From sequence record OZ035743.1: 64,000 nt of DNA; one strand, 5' to 3'. The position numbers were made by a program, and so were the translations under genes. A model generated the notes under the pieces. It saw only the letters and a list, made by a program, of their open reading frames with translations, was not told where the DNA came from and made no database searches. Source of the stretch: Phapecoctavirus DIJ07P1. This document shows positions 38,529-47,121 of this stretch, in pieces. How positions within the stretch are numbered: position 1 is the stretch's first letter; every line of letters begins with the position of its first letter.

Positions 38529-38959
38529 TTCTTCTTTCCTTTCTTTAATTTGTTGTGACCTTTACCCTTATAAAGCTTGTGATTACGAGCAGATGGGTTA
38601 TTTTGGTTCTCCAGTCGGCTAACAGGTGTATTCCAAAGATTTCCTGCTACAAAAGATGCTGCCACAAGTTCTTCCAGGTATACAAAATCCAAAGCAGGTA
38701 TCTTTGTTTCCCTCATCTTGCGTTCTACATTAGACAACACGCCTTCTTCCTTACTGTCTTCTTTTTCAATTACAGACCAACCCTCTTCCTGCCAAGCTTC
38801 CCCTCTGAACCAAGTTTCCATGTTATAACCTTGTTCGTCGAGAATAACACCATCTCGCATCTCAAACCATTCACCACCGCAAAAATAACTGTGCTCAACA
38901 CGTCTACCTTCCTTCATTGCTTCTTTAGCTTCGGTCCAAGTCAGTTTGATGTTTTGCAT
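38525..38959 (-). CDS. Hypothetical protein, possibly DUF2829-like N-terminus
   Basis: 144 aa; N-terminal W.EA.EAMKEGRRV...W pattern; basic Lys-rich C-terminus; first gene after minus-strand promoter. Confidence 0.5.
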   Translation of the reverse strand: MQNIKLTWTEAKEAMKEGRRVEHSYFCGGEWFEMRDGVILDEQGYNMETWFRGEAWQEEGWSVIEKEDSKEEGVLSNVERKMRETKIPALDFVYLEELVAASFVAGNLWNTPVSRLENQNNPSARNHKLYKGKGHNKLKKGKKK

Positions 38960-39073
38960 TTGTTTTCTCCTCTTGTTTTGTATGAGTTGATCTTAACAGG
39001 ACTAAAAAGCATGTCAATACTTGATCTGAAATTATTTTCAGGTATCATATATGAACATTAACAAGAGAGGTAG
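38960..39073. promoter_or_regulatory. Divergent promoter region at strand switch
   Basis: Minus: TTGACA-16-TAAGAT; plus: TTGATC / TATCAT-like elements before 39074 ATG. Confidence 0.5.
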
Positions 39074-39367
39074 ATGATGAACATTACTTTAGCAACTAAG
39101 AATATTTCTGAGACAATTAACGGTTTTGGTGTCATTGTAGCCTTACACGGTAACAACGAGAAATGGTTGGCTTCTTTTGAAGAGGATCGTCAGCACAACA
39201 TTATTTTAGATGCTCCTATAAAAGTTATGCATATCGTTGGTGAAAGCAAAGTGCTCACTTCCTCCCGTTCAAAAGAACAAATTACAAATGAATTAGTAAA
39301 ACTGCTTGACAATGTTCTTAACATGTTTGATAATGCACCCATCGATACAAAACGTGTCTTAATGTGA
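39074..39367 (+). CDS. Hypothetical protein
   Basis: 97-aa ORF, RBS GAGAGG. Confidence 0.55.
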   Translation: MMNITLATKNISETINGFGVIVALHGNNEKWLASFEEDRQHNIILDAPIKVMHIVGESKVLTSSRSKEQITNELVKLLDNVLNMFDNAPIDTKRVLM

Positions 39368-39379
39368 GAGGAGAACCAA

Positions 39380-39667
39380 ATGTATTATTCACAAAATGAA
39401 GTAGCAAACATTAAACTGGCAGTTGGCGATCTTATTGTGTCACCTAACTACCATTGGGATAACACAGACTTGGTTGAAGTAGTAACTCATGTTGGGTTTG
39501 AGGGTGTTGTGCTCTACACCCTGGGTGGAGGTGTTGTTGGGGAAATGGAACGTTATACAACGACCAAGAAACTGGTAAGTTCTTATCGTATGTTCTTGCA
39601 TCAAGGCTCAGAAGAGTATGCAACCTTCTTGTTGAAATTGGACGCAGATCGGGAGAAGGCACGATGA
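39380..39667 (+). CDS. Hypothetical protein
   Basis: 95-aa ORF, RBS GAGGAG. Confidence 0.55.
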   Translation: MYYSQNEVANIKLAVGDLIVSPNYHWDNTDLVEVVTHVGFEGVVLYTLGGGVVGEMERYTTTKKLVSSYRMFLHQGSEEYATFLLKLDADREKAR

Positions 39668-40020
39668 AAATTGTACACGATGAAATTCAAATAGAAGAAA
39701 GTGACACGATGGATTTGGATGCAGCTTTGGGGAAGGTAATCTATGCAGGAATTAAAGCCTTCCGTGAGAAGGCAAACAATAGCACGTTTGTCATGATCCC
39801 CACTAAACTGATGCGTGTTTTGTATCCAAATAGAAGTGCGCCGTATACAGATGAAGAAGAGGAGACAGGTAGAAGAGAGTGGTTAAATATTTTAGAAAAG
39901 ATGGAGAATGCTTTTATTGATAGTGGTAATCCAGAAATCGTGTATGCTGAAGATCAAAGGAAGGCACGGTTAGAGGGCCGTCTTTTATTCGCTAGTTATT
40001 TTGATAATCTTTGGAGCTAA
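39664..40020 (+). CDS. Hypothetical protein
   Basis: 118-aa ORF. Confidence 0.55.
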   Translation: MKIVHDEIQIEESDTMDLDAALGKVIYAGIKAFREKANNSTFVMIPTKLMRVLYPNRSAPYTDEEEETGRREWLNILEKMENAFIDSGNPEIVYAEDQRKARLEGRLLFASYFDNLWS

Positions 40021-40199
40021 ATATGTCTGAATTCTTCACAATGGCTTTCTTAGGGATCTATCTGATTATTAGTGCTGTTGGCTTAATCATGTCTCTAATA
40101 GAGGAAATGGGAATTAAGTGGAATTGTGCATTCGGTATAGCTCTTATGCTCACTCCGGTTTGGATCTACATCTGCAAAGCAGTTGAACTCATTGGTTAA
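40011..40199 (+). CDS. Small membrane protein
   Basis: 62 aa, two hydrophobic segments. Confidence 0.5.
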   Translation: MELNMSEFFTMAFLGIYLIISAVGLIMSLIEEMGIKWNCAFGIALMLTPVWIYICKAVELIG

Positions 40200-40209
40200 T
40201 GGAGGTAAT

Positions 40210-40548
40210 ATGTTTAGTAAAGAAATGAGAGAGGTGATCGCTACTCTGGTAGTAGATCATGGTGTTGAAGTTGAGCGTCACGTTTGGAAAGATGAGCCTC
40301 CTTTCTTTGATTTGGCATCACGGGCTAAAAGTCACATGTATCTCCTTGAAGATGATAAGGATTTTATTCTGCGTATGCGTTATGATCGAGAGTTTAGAAT
40401 TCCTCTTGACACAGATCCTGATGATGTAGTATTGTGGTTGGCAGAGCATTTCGCATTTAACGCTCTACATGGAAGAAGTTTTGGTAATGAACGTTGGGAT
40501 ACCATTTGTCGTAAACATAATATTGAACCAGAATACGGGAGTATGTAA
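40210..40548 (+). CDS. Hypothetical protein
   Basis: Start set at Met after GGAGG RBS. Confidence 0.55.
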   Translation: MFSKEMREVIATLVVDHGVEVERHVWKDEPPFFDLASRAKSHMYLLEDDKDFILRMRYDREFRIPLDTDPDDVVLWLAEHFAFNALHGRSFGNERWDTICRKHNIEPEYGSM

Positions 40549-40799
40549 TGTTAAGTATCAAACCTAAAATGATTACTGAAGATCAAAAAGATTACATTTA
40601 TAAATGTGGTCGGGTGTGGAAAGAATACACTAAAGGTAATGAAGTTATTGTAGTTACGGAACATGCTATTTCTTTATCAGATCTTTTTGGTGATTATTTG
40701 CAAGTCATTAAAATTGGTATTGACAGAGGTTTGGTGCAGGTGTTAACATTATCCCAAGTTGAAGCAGAACACTTAGACAAAATCATTGTCGAGTTCTAA
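40548..40799 (+). CDS. Hypothetical protein
   Basis: 83-aa ORF. Confidence 0.5.
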   Translation: MLSIKPKMITEDQKDYIYKCGRVWKEYTKGNEVIVVTEHAISLSDLFGDYLQVIKIGIDRGLVQVLTLSQVEAEHLDKIIVEF

Positions 40800-40812
40800 G
40801 AGGAGAAAGAAT

Positions 40813-40977
40813 ATGATCTCTTTAGAATCAATAGCTTTTAAGAAGGGGTATACCGCAGGGTTCAAGTTTGGTATGTTTAATAAAGTAAATCCATATTGTC
40901 CAATGACACACAAAAAGGAATTCGAAGAATGGGAAGATGGATTTTCTAAAGGCTATCAGGCAAAAGGTTGGTTGTAA
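40813..40977 (+). CDS. Hypothetical small protein
   Basis: Start set at Met after GAGGAG RBS. Confidence 0.45.
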   Translation: MISLESIAFKKGYTAGFKFGMFNKVNPYCPMTHKKEFEEWEDGFSKGYQAKGWL

Positions 40978-40986
40978 GGAGAGAAT

Positions 40987-41151
40987 ATGATTTTAAACTT
41001 CATCATCAACTTGTGTTTGACATTGGGGTTACTCTGTGCAATAGTATCCCCTTTGGTTGGTGAATATTGTTCTGAACTGGCGATGTTTATAGTTCTTGGT
41101 GCGGCTATTGCTAATATGTTTGTCGCTGCGATTTGTATGTTGTGGGAATAG
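40987..41151 (+). CDS. Small hydrophobic membrane peptide (below ORF-track cutoff)
   Basis: about 54 aa (MILNFIINLCLTLGLLCAIVSPLVGEYCSELAMFIVLGAAIANMFVAAICMLWE); AGGAGAG RBS. Confidence 0.4.
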   Translation: MILNFIINLCLTLGLLCAIVSPLVGEYCSELAMFIVLGAAIANMFVAAICMLWE

Positions 41152-41162
41152 GAGGGAAGTTT

Positions 41163-41519
41163 ATGAAAAAACTAATCTTAGCCACATTGCTGGCTACCGT
41201 AAGCTTCACCACTTACGCTCAAAAATTTGTAGCAGTTAAAACAGATATTGGTAAAGATGTTGTGATCACAGGCAACAAGTTTTACTATACACCTGGGAAT
41301 GGTGTTCTAGAAGAGTGTAAAGATGTTGAGGCATATACGGGAAAAGAAGATAACACGGAACGTCCTTTTTATTCGATTATAGCTACTTGCAAAAATGAAA
41401 TAGTAGCTATTAAACAATACAAAGATGCCCCTGGAGGAGAATACTTATTAGTCAAGAATATTAAGAGTGAAAAAACTGCAAAGTTTACAGTAATTATTTT
41501 AAAAGGAGAAACGTTCTAA
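41163..41519 (+). CDS. Secreted protein with signal peptide
   Basis: MKKLILATLLATVSFTTYA signal; GGAGGG RBS. Confidence 0.6.
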   Translation: MKKLILATLLATVSFTTYAQKFVAVKTDIGKDVVITGNKFYYTPGNGVLEECKDVEAYTGKEDNTERPFYSIIATCKNEIVAIKQYKDAPGGEYLLVKNIKSEKTAKFTVIILKGETF

Positions 41520-42658
41520 TGAAATACACTATTTTTGGAGATGTAGCTGTTGTAAATAAGGAATATGGCGTTGAAGCTAATAAACTTCCTGCTGGAGTTT
41601 GGGTTGTCAACTGCGATCCGCACGGTAACTACTCTTTAGTGCGTGGTGAAAGTTTCTCTCTTCCGAACACTCTTTATGGGGAAACTAAAGATCGCGCCGC
41701 ACATGTTATTAAAACATTTGCTCGTCGTAGTAAAGAAGGTAAAAATACTGGGGTGTTACTGACAGGGACAAAAGGCAGTGGTAAGACGATGTTAGCTAAA
41801 CTAATTAGCATGTCTCTAATGTCCACAGAAGGTTTAGGTATTCCAACCATTTTGGTTACACAGCCTTACACAGATGCTGGCTTCTTAGAATTTATGAGTA
41901 AAATTACAGATCGTGCTGTTGTTTTATTTGACGAATTTGATAAAGTGTACGCTAAGAAAGAAGATCAGGAAGCACTGTTGACCTTGTTGGATGGAACAGG
42001 AAGTGGGAATAAACTTTACATCCTCACTAAAAATAGTGGTTATATCTCGGAATATTTTGTAAACCGTCCTAGTCGTATCTACTACAGTTTCAATTACGAT
42101 AAACTGTCTAGTGAAACTATGTTAGATTACTTGGATAAGAACTTGGTAAATAAAAAGCACGTAGATAACTTCCAACGTTTATGGGATGTTAGCACAGAGT
42201 TGTCTTTCGATGTTATTCAAGGCATTGTAGAAGAATTGAATTTCTATCCAAAAATGACTTTTAAAGAATGTCTTGAAATGATGGGTATTTCTTTAGGGAA
42301 CGATGCTAAATGGAATGTGGCTTCTATCGTAGCTAATGGCAAAACCTTGAAGGTGAATTGGATCAATAACTGGCACGACTTCACCCCTACTAAGTTTTTG
42401 TCGGGTGCTTGTTCCCTGAACATCTATCTACAAAGTTTGAAAGATGATGAAGTGGAAGCAATGGAAACCAACAGTTATGTTATCCTGGATGAAGATGGTG
42501 ATCCACATATTGATCTATGTGCAACGGCTGATGGTCTAACTTGTGATCTGATTGAAGGTGGTAAGATTCTGGTTATGAGCACTACACCAGGAAACACTTT
42601 GCGAGTGGTGCTGGAGCCTGTAACACAACGTTCCACTACACTTGGTAGCGTGTTCTAA
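41519..42658 (+). CDS. AAA+ ATPase
   Basis: 379 aa; Walker A GTKGSGKT, Walker B VVLFDEFD. Confidence 0.75.
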   Translation: MKYTIFGDVAVVNKEYGVEANKLPAGVWVVNCDPHGNYSLVRGESFSLPNTLYGETKDRAAHVIKTFARRSKEGKNTGVLLTGTKGSGKTMLAKLISMSLMSTEGLGIPTILVTQPYTDAGFLEFMSKITDRAVVLFDEFDKVYAKKEDQEALLTLLDGTGSGNKLYILTKNSGYISEYFVNRPSRIYYSFNYDKLSSETMLDYLDKNLVNKKHVDNFQRLWDVSTELSFDVIQGIVEELNFYPKMTFKECLEMMGISLGNDAKWNVASIVANGKTLKVNWINNWHDFTPTKFLSGACSLNIYLQSLKDDEVEAMETNSYVILDEDGDPHIDLCATADGLTCDLIEGGKILVMSTTPGNTLRVVLEPVTQRSTTLGSVF

Positions 42659-42663
42659 TAAAG

Positions 42664-42681
42664 ATGCCCCGCAAGGGGCAT
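42664..42681 (+). terminator. Hairpin terminator
   Basis: atgccccgcaaggggcat stem-loop followed by TTGTT. Confidence 0.55.
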
Positions 42682-42746
42682 TTGTTATGGAGGGATTTTA
42701 GTTATTCTTTTGTTGTAGGCTCGCACTAATAGCTAAAGGGGGAGGT

Positions 42747-44207
42747 GTGCCAAAAATAGTCACTTGGGAACAATATAAAACAGATATAAAACAAGCTTAT
42801 CAAGGTAAGTCTTGGACTGTTGTAGATTATATTGAGCCGTGGAACGGCAATAAAACTAAACTTAGATGCATCTGTGCTCTGCATGGAGAATGGAAAACAA
42901 CAAGCATAAATACCGCTAAACTAGGGAGGGGTTGTCCAGAATGCGGTAGGGAGATTATAAGTAAAGCAGTATCTATAAACAAATCAAAAACCTGGGAGCA
43001 ATATAAAGAAGAAGTGCAAACCACTTACAATCAGGCAGGTAAGTTTTGGACTGTTACAGGATGGCACGGAGAATGGAAAGGATGGAATACTAAACTGGTT
43101 TGTTGTTGTGCTTTACATGGGGAGTGGAGGTCTACTTCTATATCTTCTGCGAAAAACGGGAGTGGATGCAGGAAGTGTATGGGAGAAGCAAACAGAGAAA
43201 GAACATCGATTGCATGGGAGAAACATAAAGAAGAAGTAGAAGAAGCTTATAAAGAAAAACCCTGGATTGTTAGAGGCTATGTGGAACCGTGGAACGGTTC
43301 CCGCACTAAGTTGATTTGTGAGTGTAAGGTTCATGGTCAATGGTGCACTACCACTGTAAACAGTGCTAAACAAGGGACTGGATGCTACAGTTGTCAAAGA
43401 GAAATGACGAAACAAAGGAATACAATGGAGGATAAACAACATGTTGAAGATTTTATAAAAGCTTGTCCTGATAATGTAGAGCGTAAATATTATCGTAGCG
43501 ATAGAGTAGATAGATTAGGTCGTCAGGTTTACTGGATTGTAGAATGTCCTATATGTGCAGAGGATGATTATTGTAAAGAAGGCTTATGCGATAATAAATT
43601 TGAGATGAAGATGAGTCATTTGAAAAGGGGTGGCCTTCCTTGCCGTTGTTCTAAATATTATCATTACACTCCTGAACAATGGGCCTACCGTATGACCAAA
43701 GCTTGCCAGGAACGAGGGGATCAATTTATAGGATTCATTGATAAGGTAAGCAATAACAGCAAGTTTAAATATCTATGTAGGGAGCATGGAGAGCAAACGA
43801 TCACACCTACCGATTATCTCAATGGGAAAGGTTGTCCAGGCTGTAAGAACAGAAATATGCAAGAATTTTACATCAATATTATTCTTGATGAGTACGGAGA
43901 AGACACGGGAGCTTACAAGTTGGGGATTGCAAAGGACAGTGATATCAGGATCAAAGGGCAGAATGCAAACAACAATTACTCTATGCGCCGTATAGCATTG
44001 TTCGATCTGCCGTCCTACCAAGCTTGCAGGGCGTTAGAGAGTAAGCTAAAGTCTAAGACTGATCAGATTCTACCGTCTATTGGCTGTGTAGAACGCTTGC
44101 ACATGAAAGATGGTCATAGTGAAACCTTCCTGCGCGAGGATTTGGCTATCGTCTTAAGTGCTATCAACCAAGCAGGTGGAATAATGAGAGAGGAGGAAAC
44201 ATGTTAG
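42747..44207 (+). CDS. Zinc-ribbon tandem-repeat protein with C-terminal GIY-YIG-like region
   Basis: 486 aa; four tandem ~75-aa repeats (W..YK...W.V..Y.EPWNG..TKL.C.C..HGEW.TTS.N.AK.G.GC..C); C-terminal EFYINIIL...GAYKLGIA. Confidence 0.7.
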   Translation: MPKIVTWEQYKTDIKQAYQGKSWTVVDYIEPWNGNKTKLRCICALHGEWKTTSINTAKLGRGCPECGREIISKAVSINKSKTWEQYKEEVQTTYNQAGKFWTVTGWHGEWKGWNTKLVCCCALHGEWRSTSISSAKNGSGCRKCMGEANRERTSIAWEKHKEEVEEAYKEKPWIVRGYVEPWNGSRTKLICECKVHGQWCTTTVNSAKQGTGCYSCQREMTKQRNTMEDKQHVEDFIKACPDNVERKYYRSDRVDRLGRQVYWIVECPICAEDDYCKEGLCDNKFEMKMSHLKRGGLPCRCSKYYHYTPEQWAYRMTKACQERGDQFIGFIDKVSNNSKFKYLCREHGEQTITPTDYLNGKGCPGCKNRNMQEFYINIILDEYGEDTGAYKLGIAKDSDIRIKGQNANNNYSMRRIALFDLPSYQACRALESKLKSKTDQILPSIGCVERLHMKDGHSETFLREDLAIVLSAINQAGGIMREEETC

Positions 44208-44566
44208 TTGACGTTCAAATTATGCGCAACGAAAGAATGGACTTCTTTGAAGCAGTAGAGAAACATCTGATCAGATGGGACTATGAATTTGTTCCTGCTG
44301 GATGTGGACCAGTAGAGCATTTAGCGGAAGACGACGATGTATACATGATCATTCGTCAAGTGTACCAGACAGACCAGTGTGAAGAAACTCCCGAACTGAT
44401 TTTGTTTGAGTGTAAAGATCTTGCAAAATATTTTGACTATGGCGGAAAAGAGGGTCATAATCTCTCCAGATACAATAAACGTCTACTTATCTTAGACTAC
44501 ATGCGGAACAACAAACACAAACTCATCGACGCAGACGCAGTTTATGGCTACTGGTGGATGGACTAA
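44201..44566 (+). CDS. Hypothetical protein
   Basis: 121-aa ORF. Confidence 0.55.
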   Translation: MLVDVQIMRNERMDFFEAVEKHLIRWDYEFVPAGCGPVEHLAEDDDVYMIIRQVYQTDQCEETPELILFECKDLAKYFDYGGKEGHNLSRYNKRLLILDYMRNNKHKLIDADAVYGYWWMD

Positions 44567-44579
44567 CAAAGGAGAAACT

Positions 44580-44759
44580 ATGGCACGTTTAGCAGATCAT
44601 GAAATCTTTAAACCTATTCTGAACCACTATGATGAACTTAAAGCAGTGTTGGATTGTTATAGAGAGGATGAAGAACGTTTGGAAGTCAATCTTAAGATAG
44701 TTCTGATGAAAGCTTTTCAAGACGGGCAAGCTAAAGTTTTAGAAGGCATGAAAAAATGA
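44580..44759 (+). CDS. Hypothetical small protein
   Basis: Start set at Met after GGAGAAA RBS. Confidence 0.45.
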   Translation: MARLADHEIFKPILNHYDELKAVLDCYREDEERLEVNLKIVLMKAFQDGQAKVLEGMKK

Positions 44760-45298
44760 GAATAACTGATGAATATGTATTCTTCTTTTCACATAAAGAT
44801 GTGTTTAGTAATTGGTATATTGCACCCTTTACAGAAACTGAACCAGGTTACAATGAGACTTTCTGTTGTGTTGAGCAATATATGATGTGGCGTAAGGCTT
44901 TGCTGTTCAAGGATCATGCGATTGCAGCAGCTATCCTTGATCACTCAACTATACGTGACAACGAGAGGAAACAAGCATACTACAAACGTATGGGTCGAGC
45001 GGTATCTGGTTTTAATAATGATATGTGGGAAGAGAACCGTGAGCGTATTGTTATGCGAGGCTTATGCTTGAAATATGTACAGAATCCAGATTTGTATGCA
45101 GACTTACACCTTTACCAATACAAAACGTTTGTTGAAGCAAGTCCTTACGATAAGGTTTACGGTATTGGAATGGGAATGTATGAACCAGGGGTGCTAAACC
45201 CTGCTACCTGGAAAGGGCAGAATCTTTTAGGCAAATATCATAATAAACTGATCGAAATACTTTTCCCAGACAAAATACCGCAAAGACGATATTTGTGA
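44756..45298 (+). CDS. NADAR-domain (YbiA-like, DUF1768) protein
   Basis: 180 aa; VFFFSHKDVFSNWY...CCVEQYMMWRKALLF parallels E. coli YbiA INFYS...FSNF...SEHYFQAQKF. Confidence 0.65.
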   Translation: MRITDEYVFFFSHKDVFSNWYIAPFTETEPGYNETFCCVEQYMMWRKALLFKDHAIAAAILDHSTIRDNERKQAYYKRMGRAVSGFNNDMWEENRERIVMRGLCLKYVQNPDLYADLHLYQYKTFVEASPYDKVYGIGMGMYEPGVLNPATWKGQNLLGKYHNKLIEILFPDKIPQRRYL

Positions 45299-45353
45299 TA
45301 TTTTAACTTTTTTCATTTTTAGAACAAAGGTGTCACTTTGTAGCACAGAAATA

Positions 45354-45380
45354 AGGCTCCTACAGCACCGTAGAGAGCCT
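45354..45380 (+). terminator. Rho-independent terminator
   Basis: aggctc-ctacagcaccgtagag-agcct hairpin followed by gttattttgt. Confidence 0.65.
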
Positions 45381-45540
45381 GTTATTTTGTCCTATACAAA
45401 CCCTTGTCTTTTTCAGTTTGCATCACTAGGATTCGATCTGAGTGGGTTCCTGAAGGTTTACCAATAAGATTAAAGGTTATATCAAATTCCCACTATCTTT
45501 TATCTCAAAAATCCCTCAAATTATTTAAACTTTTTAAGAA

Positions 45541-45717
45541 TTTACAAAAATGAAAGTACAAAAGCAAAATTTAAAGTTTAGGAAAATTATCTTAAAATGT
45601 TAGATACAAAACAAAACTCAAAAGTCAAGGAAAATTTTAAAAATTTTGCGCGCCCACAGTATTTAAAGTTTTTTTGCTTTTACAAAAATGAAAGTACAAA
45701 AGCAAAATTTAAAGTTT
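45541..45717. repeat. 40-bp direct repeat pair in AT-rich intergenic region
   Basis: tttacaaaaatgaaagtacaaaagcaaaatttaaagttta at 45541..45580 and 45678..45717. Confidence 0.8.
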
Positions 45718-45740
45718 ACAAAAATTTTTATGCAGGTGAA

Positions 45741-45846
45741 AATGAGAAGAGTTCTCATATGGAAATGCAAATGATAATGATTCGCATTTAAGTTTATAAA
45801 TGAGATTGATTCTTATTTAATAAGGTAAATGACAATCATTCTCATT
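45741..45846. promoter_or_regulatory. Four tandem ~19-bp palindromes resembling the Fur box
   Basis: aatgagaagagttctcat; aatgataatgattcgcatt; aatgagattgattcttatt; aatgacaatcattctcatt at ~28-bp spacing; last copy matches GATAATGATAATCATTATC at 14/16 aligned positions. Confidence 0.45.
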
Positions 45847-46106
45847 TAGAGAATGACGCGCAGGGGCGGTGTTTGTCTCGCGCTCCCGTGTCCCCTCGCC
45901 ATGTAATAAGAATAACAGATCCAGCCAGGAAAGCAAGCGATTATTTTATCTTTACATTTCTTTACAAATATATAGCACCCAGCCTACCGGCGATCAACCT
46001 TCCAACCAGTGCCCCCTGGTATGTTAGCCCCGCCTTTACGCCGTGGGGTGGCGCTTCCTCTTCTGTATGTAAAACAGTATAAGCCCGATCCCTGGGCTTG
46101 TCAAGA

Positions 46107-46373
46107 TTATTTTTTGTTTTCTTGCCAGGATAGGACACCTAACCAAAAATACATATCGCCCCGCGCCCCTGGTGGTATCTTGCTTTCCCCGCCGCCACTG
46201 CAAGCCCATAGATAACCATTTGCGAACGTATCAAAATGATCTATCTCTTCCACCTTATGATCGCCCAGGTTGAGAACGGTTTCAACCTTTAAGCCCGTTG
46301 CGCTTGCTACCTGGTGCACCGTGCCGCCTTGCCAGCCCAATGAGTGCATAAGGTGTAATGTAGTATTTGTCAT
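46107..46373 (-). CDS. Hypothetical protein in GC-rich island
   Basis: 88-aa ORF; competing ORFs on both strands; weak RBS. Confidence 0.35.
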   Translation of the reverse strand: MTNTTLHLMHSLGWQGGTVHQVASATGLKVETVLNLGDHKVEEIDHFDTFANGYLWACSGGGESKIPPGARGDMYFWLGVLSWQENKK

Positions 46374-46482
46374 GATATCGCCCTTTCTTTGTTGTGCGCC
46401 CTGGTTGGCGCGGTAGAAAGATAATAGCCCTTTTCTTTATATATAGCAAGCAAAAAGAAAATAAAAAAGATTGAAAAATGGT

Positions 46483-46540
46483 TGACGTTAACCAGGCGGC
46501 GGCGTAGTATTCATCTTGTAGGGCGGCAATGGTGCCGCTC
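46483..46540 (+). promoter_or_regulatory. Promoter-leader cassette 1
   Basis: TTGACG-spacer-TAGTAT then tagGGCGGCAATGGTGCCGCtc leader hairpin. Confidence 0.6.
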
Positions 46541-46559
46541 ACTATTTGGAGTTAAGATC

Positions 46560-46757
46560 ATGGCAACATTGCACATTGTGGCGAAAGCTGGACAAATCAA
46601 CGTAGTGGTAAACGGTTTTACTGAGTTCAGTCACCCCCAGGATGATCATGAAACGGTTTTATCTTTCATTGATTCCCTGTTAGAAATGGGAGTCATTACA
46701 GAAGACCAGCACGCTACAAAATGCAAGCGCGTTAATCAAATTGCAGGAATAGAATAA
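46560..46757 (+). CDS. Hypothetical small protein
   Basis: Start set at MATLHIVAK after GGAG RBS. Confidence 0.55.
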   Translation: MATLHIVAKAGQINVVVNGFTEFSHPQDDHETVLSFIDSLLEMGVITEDQHATKCKRVNQIAGIE

Positions 46758-46763
46758 AAAGTA

Positions 46764-46823
46764 TTGACAACAAACAACAACCTGATAAGATGTATCACAT
46801 AGGGCGGCGGAATGGTCCACCGC
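46764..46823 (+). promoter_or_regulatory. Promoter-leader cassette 2
   Basis: TTGACA-16-TAAGAT-gtatcacat-aGGGCGGCGGAATGGTCCACCGC; then cacaacagaagagagattatcatc-ATG. Confidence 0.7.
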
Positions 46824-46848
46824 TCACAACAGAAGAGAGATTATCATC

Positions 46849-47121
46849 ATGGCATCATATAGCGCAACAATGATCGTAGCTGGCACCACTGGTAAACCTA
46901 TGCGCGGTGGCGGATCTTTCGCTAATATCAATATTGACGGGCGTTTATCCCTGGACGCAGCGATCACCGTGGCGCGGGAAACATTTAAGAAAGAATGTAA
47001 ATTCAATAAACAAGATTATCTCGGTTTTGCTATTGAAAAAACCGCGCGCTTTGTTGATTATAAAAGCCCGAAAATGGTTGACACTACATTAAAAGCGCAA
47101 GATGTAGCGTTTTTGCTTTAA
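46849..47121 (+). CDS. Hypothetical small protein
   Basis: 90-aa ORF after cassette 2. Confidence 0.6.
   Translation: MASYSATMIVAGTTGKPMRGGGSFANINIDGRLSLDAAITVARETFKKECKFNKQDYLGFAIEKTARFVDYKSPKMVDTTLKAQDVAFLL

Noticed and set aside
38555-39061. 168-aa plus-strand ORF overlapping 38525..38959 and the divergent promoter region
   Set aside because: Spans a region better explained by the minus-strand gene and promoter elements; hydrophobic low-complexity translation.
45420-45450. Possible tRNA T-arm-like sequence (ggattcgatc)
   Set aside because: No acceptor stem, anticodon arm or conserved GTTC-loop context could be assembled around it.
45597-45791. 64-aa ORF across the 40-bp direct repeat and Fur-like palindromes
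   Set aside because: Sequence is better explained as repeat/regulatory DNA; highly skewed Lys/Phe/Asn translation; no RBS.
45873-46215. Two overlapping plus-strand ORFs (45873..46082 and 46009..46215) in the GC-rich island
   Set aside because: They overlap each other and the minus-strand ORFs, and lack RBS; high GC content alone generates long open frames.
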